Shown here piece after piece: positions 1-7,873 of a DNA stretch of 40,787 nucleotides (positions are counted from its first letter, which is position 1; every line of letters starts with the position of its first letter). This stretch comes from an uncultured Muribaculaceae bacterium. Lineage in GTDB: Bacteria; Bacillota_I; Bacilli_A; RF39; UBA660. A program made the position numbers and the translations under genes. The DNA is taken from the NCBI GenBank assembly GCA_964457135.1, contig CAYWED010000002.1, positions 1 through 40,787 on the forward strand, given 5' to 3'. The notes under the pieces were generated by a model. The model did not search any database and was not told the DNA's origin. It saw nothing but the letters and a program-made list of their open reading frames with translations.

Positions 1-73
1 TCTATTATTATGGGTGTCAATGCTTTTTTCGTATATTTTTCATTTACTTATCCTGGATAATTCACTACTTTTC

Positions 74-103
74 TTGATTTAAAACTAGTAAACATGTTAT
101 AAT
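74..103 (+). promoter_or_regulatory. sigma-A-type promoter for the 131..1171-scpA-scpB operon
   Basis: TTGATT (74-79), 18-nt spacer, then TGtTATAAT extended -10 (95-103). AAGGAG RBS at 118-123 precedes ATG 131. Confidence 0.4.
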
Positions 104-130
104 TCATATAAAGAATAAAGGAGATTTATT

Positions 131-1171
131 ATGGAAGAAAATAACAATGAAAATAATAATTTAGAAGAAGTACAAACTAATAATATTGAAGTACCAAATG
201 ATAATTTAAATGTAACACCTACAAATGATTCATCTATGAATAATGAAAATAAAATTACCGATGATATTGAAATACTCGAGCTAAATGAAGAAGAACATAA
301 AACTAAAGAGCCTGAAACTGAAAAACATAAAAATATATTTGATATAGGAAAAGAAAATAAAATAATATTTTTAATATTAATAGGAATTTTAATATTTGCA
401 TTTATGCTTCCAACAATAACAAGTTGGTTTAGTAAAAATTCAATATTCACATATACTGATAAAATGGAAGAAATAAAAAATAATCAAACAGTAGATGGAA
501 TGCTAGAAATTGGAAATGAAGAAGGTTCAATAACTGCAAAAAATATAAGATTCTATAACTTTACAAAAAAAACAAATAATCAAATATCTGTAGTATATTT
601 ACCTGAATCAGGAATAAATAATGTAAATGAAAAAAATATATTTATAGAATTATATAATAAAGGAAAGAATGTAATCTATAGAACACAGTTCACTACAAGT
701 GCAAAATTAGAAAGAAAAGTTCAAGGAATATATACACTAAATGTAAATGAAACAATCTATAAAGAAGCAATATATGGAAAAATAGTAATATTAAAAGATG
801 ATGATTTTAAAAATAGTAATGATACATTAGTATGTACAAATATAACTAAAGAAAATGATTATGAAATAGAAAATAAAGTAACATATAACTTTTCTAATAT
901 GGGACTTAAAAGTTATGTAGTAAGTAGAAGAGTAATAAACACTGTAGACTCTGAATTAAATGAAGAATATTCATTTTTCAAAAAAGAAGAAGAAATAATT
1001 GAAAAAACAAATGTAAGTGATTTAACATACGACAACGATAAAGTACAATATACAATTGATTTGCAAACACTTGACACTAAAAACAGTGGATATACATTGC
1101 TTTATGAAAAAGGAAGTTTAAAAAGACAAATATCATTAAGTGAAGAAACAAAAGGCTGGAGCTGTAAATAA
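131..1171 (+). CDS. hypothetical membrane-anchored protein with an Asn/Glu-rich N-terminus
   Basis: 346-aa ORF with a good RBS, a low-complexity acidic/Asn N-terminus and one hydrophobic helix (IIFLILIGILIFAFMLPTITSWF). Its stop overlaps the scpA start (TAATG). Confidence 0.6.
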   Translation: MEENNNENNNLEEVQTNNIEVPNDNLNVTPTNDSSMNNENKITDDIEILELNEEEHKTKEPETEKHKNIFDIGKENKIIFLILIGILIFAFMLPTITSWFSKNSIFTYTDKMEEIKNNQTVDGMLEIGNEEGSITAKNIRFYNFTKKTNNQISVVYLPESGINNVNEKNIFIELYNKGKNVIYRTQFTTSAKLERKVQGIYTLNVNETIYKEAIYGKIVILKDDDFKNSNDTLVCTNITKENDYEIENKVTYNFSNMGLKSYVVSRRVINTVDSELNEEYSFFKKEEEIIEKTNVSDLTYDNDKVQYTIDLQTLDTKNSGYTLLYEKGSLKRQISLSEETKGWSCK

Positions 1172-1887
1172 TGAATAAATTTTTAATCGGGGATTTTGAA
1201 GGTCCATTAGACTTACTACTACATTTAATAAAACAATCAAAAATGGATATTACAGATATTAAAATAGTTGAAATAACAGAACAATATTTAAACTTTTTAA
1301 AAGAAATGGAAGAAATGAATTTAGACATTGCAAGTGAATATTTAGTTGCAGCAGCAGAACTAATTGAAATGAAAAGTAGATACTTACTTCCAAAACCACC
1401 AAAAGAAGAAACTGATGAATTTGAAGGAAATCCAGAAGAAGAATTAAAAAGAAGACTATTAGAATATCAAAAATACAAGGAAAGTGTATCATCATTTAAA
1501 GAACTAGAAGAAAACAGAAGTAATTACTACACAAAAGCACCAGAAAAAAGAGAAGTGTACACTACTAAAAAATTAGAAAACACTGAAAATTTAACAGCAT
1601 ACGATTTGTTAAATGCCCTATCAAAACTACTAGAAAGAAAAGAATATACAAAACCACTAAACACGAAAATAACAAAAAAAGAGTTGTCAGTACATGATAG
1701 AGTTGTTAAAATAAGAAATATATTAAAAAAAGAAAAAAGGGTAGAATTCCTAAGTTTATTTGAAGAATTGACAAGACCCTACATAGTAGTAACATTTTTA
1801 GGAATATTAGAAATGGCTAAAAATCAAGAAATAATTCTTAAACAAGATACTAACTTTGGAACAATTTTACTTGAAAGAGTTGATTAA
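1171..1887 (+). CDS. scpA: segregation and condensation protein A
   Basis: The N-terminus FEGPLDLLLHLIKQSKMDITDIKIVEITEQYL and AAELIEMKSRYLLP are typical of ScpA kleisin. scpB follows directly. Confidence 0.9.
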   Translation: MNKFLIGDFEGPLDLLLHLIKQSKMDITDIKIVEITEQYLNFLKEMEEMNLDIASEYLVAAAELIEMKSRYLLPKPPKEETDEFEGNPEEELKRRLLEYQKYKESVSSFKELEENRSNYYTKAPEKREVYTTKKLENTENLTAYDLLNALSKLLERKEYTKPLNTKITKKELSVHDRVVKIRNILKKEKRVEFLSLFEELTRPYIVVTFLGILEMAKNQEIILKQDTNFGTILLERVD

Positions 1888-1888
1888 G

Positions 1889-2467
1889 ATGAATTTAAAA
1901 AGCGTAACTGAAGGAATCCTATTTGTAGTAGGAGATGAAGGAATTTCAATAAAAGAATTATGTGAAATTCTAGATACTAATGAAGAAGAAGTAAAAGATA
2001 TATTAAGTAACTTAAGAAAAGATTATGAAAGTGCTGATAGGGGACTTAGAATATCTTTTTTAGGTAATACATTTAAATTAACAACAAAAAGCGAACACAA
2101 AGAATACTATGAAAAACTAGTAACTGACTCTCATAATTTCACATTAAGTAATGCGAGTCTAGAAACTCTAGCAATAATCGCATACAACGAACCTATAACT
2201 AGGATAAAAATAGATGAAATAAGAGGTGTATCAAGTGTTCAAATAGTAAGAAAACTTCTAGCTAGGGGGTTCATAAAAGAATGTGGAAAAGAAACTTCTA
2301 TTGGTAAACCTAATCTTTATAAAACAACAGATGAATTCTTAGACTACTTTGGACTTGCTACTAAAAATGATTTACCAAAATTAGATGCAAAAGAAAAACC
2401 TGTAGATGAAGGTGAACTTGACTTATATAAATCAAACTATAAAGAAGAAAATACTATAAAAGAATAA
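1889..2467 (+). CDS. scpB: segregation and condensation protein B
   Basis: MNLKSVTEGILFVVGDEGISIKEL and LETLAIIAYNEPITRIKIDEIRGV are ScpB winged-helix signatures. I prefer ATG 1889 to the upstream TTG 1856 listed in the ORF track. Confidence 0.9.
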   Translation: MNLKSVTEGILFVVGDEGISIKELCEILDTNEEEVKDILSNLRKDYESADRGLRISFLGNTFKLTTKSEHKEYYEKLVTDSHNFTLSNASLETLAIIAYNEPITRIKIDEIRGVSSVQIVRKLLARGFIKECGKETSIGKPNLYKTTDEFLDYFGLATKNDLPKLDAKEKPVDEGELDLYKSNYKEENTIKE

Positions 2468-2500
2468 AACTTGCACTTTTAACTAAGAATGCAAGTTTTT
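2468..2500 (+). terminator. rho-independent terminator after scpB
   Basis: AACTTGCA (2468-2475) pairs with TGCAAGTT (2490-2497) and is followed by a T run. Confidence 0.6.
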
Positions 2501-2540
2501 ATAATATTTATACTAATCTTTATACATTTTGTCTTATTTA

Positions 2541-3164
2541 TCACTTATGAACATTTAATTTTAATAGTGAACACTCTTCTAAAAATCTTGGGTCTTTCCT
2601 GTCTAAATATTGAATATATTGCTTGAAACTTGAGTTATGTTTAAATATTTCTTTTTCTATATAATTAAACGCATCAATTACATTATCGGTCACATAAAAA
2701 ATATTATTCATTTCTAAACTATTAAGTAAGTCAATTAATAGTTTCCACTCATCATTAATATTCAATATAACTATTGGTTTATCATGTTAACCATTTTTCT
2801 TAGCTTCAACTAAATGCATAATTTCAGCAATTGTACTAGCTCCGCCTTTCATAAACACCATAGCATCAGCATATTTAGTTATATTATAAATAAACTCAGA
2901 TTGGTTATTAAAATTCAGTATTGAAGCATTAGTGTTATAAATATAATCACAAGTATAATACTTAGTTAAAAACACAATTGCTCTTCTAGTATCTTCTAAT
3001 TCGTTAAATGAAATATAAGGTAAACCTAAACATCCATCAAAAATAAGTCCATAATCTTTTCTCTCATTAATTATTTTTTCTAATAGACAGGCAGCTAAGT
3101 AATAATTCTCACTTATATTACCATTAGTTGAGCCACCTATAAAAATATTTATCATTTTTTGCAT
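2541..3164 (-). pseudogene. LOG/SLOG-family (lysine-decarboxylase-like Rossmann) gene interrupted by one in-frame TAA
   Basis: ORFs 2787..3176 and 2541..2765 are in one frame. Read through, they give ...ADAMVFMKGGASTIAEIMHLVEAKKNG*HDKPIVILNINDEWKLLIDLL. This follows the LOG pattern PGGxGTxxE...QLGxHxKPxxLLN. The TAA is at 2787-2789. Confidence 0.6.
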
Positions 3165-3169
3165 TAAAA

Positions 3170-3733
3170 TCACCAAGGTTTTATATTCTTTCTTTCTAAT
3201 TTAATTTTTTTAATATAGTAGTCATAATCTACCAGACTAACTCTTAAAATAAAATTATCTATCATCTCTTTAGTAAATAAACACTCTTTATATTCTTTTC
3301 CAGGAAAATATTCATTAGGGTAACATGTATAATCTTTCATAGTAATACCATACTTTTCTATAATATAATTACATAAACAATCATAAGAAAAATATAAATC
3401 ACGTCTAAACTCATCATAAGTATGTGAGAGTAGATATTCTTTAGTAAAACACTCATCAAAAAATAAGTAGTCTGTAACCAAATGTAAAAACCATCCAAAC
3501 TCAAAACTGCTTAAAACCTTATGCTCACTAAGAAAAGATGGTAAATGAACTTTACCTGCTAAATTTCTTACATTATCTAAGCCTCTCATACTTATATCTG
3601 CATAATGAGATAAATTCTTATCTTTAACAGTATCAGGATATAATGCACCACTTAATACTAAATTTTTATCATACATCTTATATCTTTCTAAAACTTTTTT
3701 AGCAATTGCTAAATGTATAGGTGAACTTGCCAT
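3170..3733 (-). CDS. zinc-dependent phospholipase C / P1-nuclease-fold family protein (putative)
   Basis: The pattern PIHLAIAKKV ... GALYPD ... SHY ... FLHLVTDYLFF resembles the small Firmicutes Zn_dep_PLPC family. This is a motif-level match only. Confidence 0.45.
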   Translation of the reverse strand: MASSPIHLAIAKKVLERYKMYDKNLVLSGALYPDTVKDKNLSHYADISMRGLDNVRNLAGKVHLPSFLSEHKVLSSFEFGWFLHLVTDYLFFDECFTKEYLLSHTYDEFRRDLYFSYDCLCNYIIEKYGITMKDYTCYPNEYFPGKEYKECLFTKEMIDNFILRVSLVDYDYYIKKIKLERKNIKPW

Positions 3734-3753
3734 AAATGCCTCCTTTAAAAATG

Positions 3754-4014
3754 CTAAAATTGTTCATTTAAAGAATTATGCTTTTTTAACAATTTTTTAG
3801 CATTATCTATTTTCATTTCATTTAAAGAGTTAATTATTATATCTTTATTCCATAAAACAAGTAAAACTTCTATCGGAAAATATCCACAAAATCTTCTTCT
3901 TAACTCACTAGCCTTAATTTCTGGTTGTAATAATATAAAATCATCATAAAGTTCAAAATATTCATCTTGTAATACTTCACTAATTAACCTCCAAAAAAAC
4001 ATTATATTTTGCAT
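3754..4014 (-). CDS. hypothetical 86-aa protein
   Basis: ORF only, with no convincing RBS. A possible TTGTCA-17-ATATAA promoter would place the transcription start at the ATG, making the mRNA leaderless. Confidence 0.3.
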   Translation of the reverse strand: MQNIMFFWRLISEVLQDEYFELYDDFILLQPEIKASELRRRFCGYFPIEVLLVLWNKDIIINSLNEMKIDNAKKLLKKHNSLNEQF

Positions 4015-4042
4015 ATTTTATTATATCTTACATATACTATAA

Positions 4043-4072
4043 TTGACAAAATAGTACTTATTATGGTATTAT
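4043..4072 (+). promoter_or_regulatory. strong sigma-A-type promoter pointing into a non-coding gap
   Basis: TTGACA (4043-4048), 18-nt spacer, then TGgTATTAT extended -10 (4064-4072). There is no plausible ORF downstream. Confidence 0.45.
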
Positions 4073-4078
4073 TTTGTC

Positions 4079-4194
4079 ATAAAGCAATCATGCTTTAATA
4101 TTGTGTTCTTAATTGAACGTATCGGTTTTCAACCGAATGACTGTGACCTTTAATGGTCGTATGGCTATTACATAAAGTAGTAGCCACTTTTATT
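4079..4194 (+). ncRNA. candidate ~115-nt sRNA, convergent with the MazF-like gene and overlapping its stop codon
   Basis: It is bounded by the 4043-4072 promoter and a terminator: TGGCTA (4162-4167) pairs with TAGCCA (4181-4186), followed by CTTTTATT. Internal hairpins are TCGGTT/AACCGA (4122-4136) and GACC/GGTC (4145-4158). The T tract exists only on the + strand. Confidence 0.35.
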
Positions 4195-4693
4195 GTGTTA
4201 AAAAATTTACTATTTCTTCATTTAGTTCTTTTAATAATTTCTTGTTACAATAACATCTAATATTATCTTTAAAAACTCTATTATTACTTATAGTTTTAAT
4301 TTGTGTAATTAAAGCATATGTATTTTTATTATATTTTTTATCATTAAATGGCAACAAAAGTTTACCTAAACAAAACCTTTTATAACCAGGTTTTGATGTA
4401 AGAGGAACGACTGTTATATTATCAACACTATTATTATCATTATTTAATACAATAGCAAAATGAGTATGTGACAATTCTGACCCCAAATTAACTCCAAAGT
4501 CAACTTTTATGATTTCTCCTTTTTTAAAGTTAGGTTTATTAAATATTTTTCTATTCACTTCATTTTTAAAAATAGTAGATTCCTTTTCTAGCCAATTTCC
4601 TAACTTAACAAATTTTTCATGATTAGAATTATATGCACATTTATAATTCTTGCAACTATTATCAATTTTTTCTATTTGGCTAATTTCATCCAT
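4190..4693 (-). CDS. MazF/PemK-fold toxin-like protein with an N-terminal extension
   Basis: KKGEIIKVDFGVNLGSELSHTHFAIVLNNDNNSVDNITVVPLTSKPG matches the PemK/MazF core pattern G-[DE]-I-x-x-V-x-F ... G-S-E ... V-V-P-L-T-S. The RBS is AAAGGAAATGAGAGG. Confidence 0.65.
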   Translation of the reverse strand: MDEISQIEKIDNSCKNYKCAYNSNHEKFVKLGNWLEKESTIFKNEVNRKIFNKPNFKKGEIIKVDFGVNLGSELSHTHFAIVLNNDNNSVDNITVVPLTSKPGYKRFCLGKLLLPFNDKKYNKNTYALITQIKTISNNRVFKDNIRCYCNKKLLKELNEEIVNFLTQ

Positions 4694-4768
4694 CCTCTCA
4701 TTTCCTTTCTGTTATCTAGATTAATAAATGTAAAATAAAAACCCATTCATCAGGGTTATCTTCTTTTT

Positions 4769-4853
4769 TGGTGCTCGCCCAGGGACTCGAACCCTGACAT
4801 ATTTCTATACACGATTTTGAGTCGTGCGCGTCTACCAATTCCGCCACGCGAGC
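4769..4853 (-). tRNA. tRNA-Leu(CAA): tRNA-Leu (anticodon CAA), class II with a long variable arm
   Basis: Reverse complement: GCTCGCG TG GCGGAATTGGTAGACGC G CACGA CTCAAAA TCGTG TATAGAAATATGT CAGGG TTCGAGT CCCTG GGCGAGC A CCA. The cloverleaf was folded by hand. Confidence 0.9.
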
Positions 4854-4912
4854 AGTAAACTAATTATATAAGATTTATAACAAAAATACAAGTGATTAAC
4901 ATAAAATTAAAT

Positions 4913-5269
4913 ATGAACTCTGAGGTAATAAAAAAACTTAAAGCCATAAAAATAAGTGATTATATCTTTGTAATATTCATAATAATAGCCCTTGTAGGAA
5001 TGTATGCGAACCACAAAGAAAGAGATGCATATACAGGTCTTGATTCTAAAGGAATAGAAAAAGCACATAATATAAGAATGGTTTTACTTGTAGTTTCTCT
5101 ATTAATTTATATATATTTCCTAGAAACAAGAATAAAAGACAGGGAGTCTGCAACAAATAAATTCATAAGTAATTTAGATGTACTAGCCTCTATTTTATTT
5201 GTAATAGGTGGAATTATATTTCTTTATGATGAATATAAAGGTGAGAGTAATCCAATAATCATTGAATAG
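4913..5269 (+). CDS. hypothetical small membrane protein
   Basis: About three hydrophobic helices. ATG 4913 is preferred to GTG 4892. Confidence 0.5.
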   Translation: MNSEVIKKLKAIKISDYIFVIFIIIALVGMYANHKERDAYTGLDSKGIEKAHNIRMVLLVVSLLIYIYFLETRIKDRESATNKFISNLDVLASILFVIGGIIFLYDEYKGESNPIIIE

Positions 5270-5313
5270 ATAACAAAAAAAATATATAATATAAGGGAAA
5301 TGGAGTTGGAAAA

Positions 5314-6951
5314 ATGACAAAAAAAGAATATGCTGACATTTTATTACCAGGAGTTAAGCACACAAAAGAAGAGTATGAAAATATGTATAAAGAAAGAGAA
5401 TTACCAGAAGATGCTATAGTAACGAGATTTGCCCCTAGTCCTACTGGATTTGTTCACATAGGGCACTTATTCACAAGTTTTATAGCTAGCCACTTTGCTA
5501 AACAAACAAATGGGATATGCCTTCTTAGAATAGAAGATACAGATACTAAAAGGACAGTTGAAAATGGTATAGCTAATATAATTAAAGATGTAAAAGATTA
5601 TGGAATAAGTTTTAATGAAGGGCAAGTTAGTGAAACTGAAAGTATTGGTGAATATGGTCCATATATTCAAAGTAAGAGAAAAGACCAGTATCAAGCATTT
5701 GCAAAATATTTAATCGAAAATGACCTAGCATATCCATGTTTTATGACTGAAGAAGAATTAAATGAAATAAGAAAGAGTCAAGAAGAAAATAAAGAAAGAA
5801 TTGGAATTTATGGTAAATATGCAAAATATAGAGACATTTCTATGGAAAGTGCTTTAGAAAAAATTAACAATGGAGAAAAATATATAATAAGATTTAAATC
5901 TCCTGGAAAATTTGAAAATAAAGTAGTTGTAGAAGATGCAGTACGTGGAACTTTAGAATTTCCAGAAAATGATTTAGATATAGTATTAATAAAAAGTGAT
6001 GGATTACCTACATACCATTTTGCACATCTAGTAGATGATTACTTAATGAAAGTTACACACGTTATAAGAAGTGATGAATGGGTAAGTTCACTTCCAATCC
6101 ATGTACAATTATTTGACACATTTGGCTACACTAGACCAGTATACGCTCATTTGTCACCTTTAATGAAAAAAGAAGGAACAACAATAAGAAAGTTAAGCAA
6201 AAGAAAAGACCCAGAACTTGCCGTAAGTTTTTACCACCAAGAAGGAATTCCAACTGAAGCAGTAATAATCTATATACTAACAGTTGCAAACTCAAATTTC
6301 GAGGAATGGTACGACGCTAATAAAGACAAAAGTTATTTAGATTTCCAAATCTCATTTGATAAAGTAAGTTCATCTGGTTCACTATTCGATTTAGAAAAAC
6401 TTATGAACATATCAAAGAATTACTTATCCACAATGAAAGCAAAAGAGATTTACGAAAGGACTGTAACTTATTCACAAGAATTTGACACTGAATTTTACGA
6501 GTTATTAACAAAATATAAAGACTACTCAATTAATGTTTTAAACATAGAAAGAGAAACAGAAAGACCAAGAAAAGACATAGAAAGTTATAGTGCAGTTAAA
6601 AGAGAAATATCATATATGTATGATGAATTATTTGCTAAAGATGAAACCACTTATGAACATAAAGACTTTTATGATAAAGAGTTATTAACATATTATATAG
6701 ACAACGTATATGATGAAAATGATGATAAACAAACATGGTTTAATAAAATAAAAGAAATGTGTCCTAAGTTTGGATTTGCAAGTGAAACAAAAGAATATAA
6801 AAAGAATCCAGAAAACTACAAAGGTTCTGTAGCCCATGCTTGTGAAATAATAAGAGTTGCTGTAACTCATAGAACAATGACACCTGACTTATATGAAATC
6901 TTAAAACTTTTAGGAAAAGATAGAATAAAGGCAAGAATAGAAAATTTTTAA
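5314..6951 (+). CDS. gltX: glutamate--tRNA ligase
   Basis: Class I signatures RFAPSPTGFVHIGHL (HIGH) and KLSKRK (KMSKS), with the GluRS catalytic core. Confidence 0.9.
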   Translation: MTKKEYADILLPGVKHTKEEYENMYKERELPEDAIVTRFAPSPTGFVHIGHLFTSFIASHFAKQTNGICLLRIEDTDTKRTVENGIANIIKDVKDYGISFNEGQVSETESIGEYGPYIQSKRKDQYQAFAKYLIENDLAYPCFMTEEELNEIRKSQEENKERIGIYGKYAKYRDISMESALEKINNGEKYIIRFKSPGKFENKVVVEDAVRGTLEFPENDLDIVLIKSDGLPTYHFAHLVDDYLMKVTHVIRSDEWVSSLPIHVQLFDTFGYTRPVYAHLSPLMKKEGTTIRKLSKRKDPELAVSFYHQEGIPTEAVIIYILTVANSNFEEWYDANKDKSYLDFQISFDKVSSSGSLFDLEKLMNISKNYLSTMKAKEIYERTVTYSQEFDTEFYELLTKYKDYSINVLNIERETERPRKDIESYSAVKREISYMYDELFAKDETTYEHKDFYDKELLTYYIDNVYDENDDKQTWFNKIKEMCPKFGFASETKEYKKNPENYKGSVAHACEIIRVAVTHRTMTPDLYEILKLLGKDRIKARIENF

Positions 6952-7022
6952 AATCCTTGTAAATAAACAATCCTTATGCTAAAATTAATAATGTCAATTT
7001 AGTTATTAAATTGACTTTTACT

Positions 7023-7098
7023 GGCCTGTTGGTGAAATGGTTAACACACAAGCCTCTCAAGCTTGCATTCACGGGTTCAAATCCCGTACAGGTCACCA
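7023..7098 (+). tRNA. tRNA-Glu(CUC): tRNA-Glu (anticodon CUC)
   Basis: GGCCTGT TG GTGAAATGGTTAACAC A CAAGC CTCTCAA GCTTG CATTC ACGGG TTCAAAT CCCGT ACAGGTC A CCA. The overall sequence closely parallels Bacillus tRNA-Glu, but the anticodon reads CTC. Confidence 0.9.
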
Positions 7099-7180
7099 GA
7101 TTGATAGGAAACTCGTGCTTTTTGAAATTATAGAAGTTCGAGTTTTAATATACTCGTTTAAATATTGTAGGAGGTAAAAA

Positions 7181-7720
7181 ATGAAATCTTTATATGGTTT
7201 AAAATATATAGCAATAGATTTAAATAATTTAAATATGGCTTATGAAATTCAAAAAGAAACGTGGCCAGATGATCCAGATTATGATGACTTATATGATAAA
7301 GCAGTAAATACAAAGGATGACAATTGTTTTTTTCTTGTTTATGATGATGAAACTTTAATTGGAATTACAGGAGTAGATGTTTTTAGAGAATATCCTGATA
7401 CTATATGGCTTGATTGGTTTACTATTTTGCCTGAACATAGAAAAAAAGGTTATGGAAAAAAAGTTTTATTGGATACAATACAATATTGTAAAAATTTGAA
7501 TAAATATAATGTATTTAGAGTAGAAACTACATATTATGAAAATAGACCAGCACTATTTTTATATAATAAAGTAATGCAAATGAAAGAAAATTATACAATT
7601 GAAGATACAGACACCATAAAGAATAATACAATAATATATTCTTATTCCCTTAATGGAAAATTAGAATTATGGAATAACAAATATTTAGGTTTAAGAGAAT
7701 ATTATGATAATTTAAAATAA
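7181..7720 (+). CDS. GNAT-family N-acetyltransferase
   Basis: ILPEHRKKGYGKKVLLDTIQYCK matches the acetyl-CoA-binding motif A (R/Q-x-x-G-x-G/A). Confidence 0.75.
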   Translation: MKSLYGLKYIAIDLNNLNMAYEIQKETWPDDPDYDDLYDKAVNTKDDNCFFLVYDDETLIGITGVDVFREYPDTIWLDWFTILPEHRKKGYGKKVLLDTIQYCKNLNKYNVFRVETTYYENRPALFLYNKVMQMKENYTIEDTDTIKNNTIIYSYSLNGKLELWNNKYLGLREYYDNLK

Positions 7721-7873
7721 ATGTTGTTGTACGTCTTCCCTTAGGTCACCATATGAATATTATACGAACCTAATTAGTTAGATTAAATAAATACCCTTCT
7801 TAAAAAATATGAAAGGTATTTTTGATTTTAAAAAAAACAGCTAATACCTAGAATAATAACTGTTTTTCAAAAT

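Noticed and set aside
2500-4770. A direct repeat of the tRNA-Leu 3' end that would mark an integrated island.
   Set aside because: Visual inspection found no copy of the tRNA 3' segment near the scpB-proximal end of the cluster, and there is no integrase gene.
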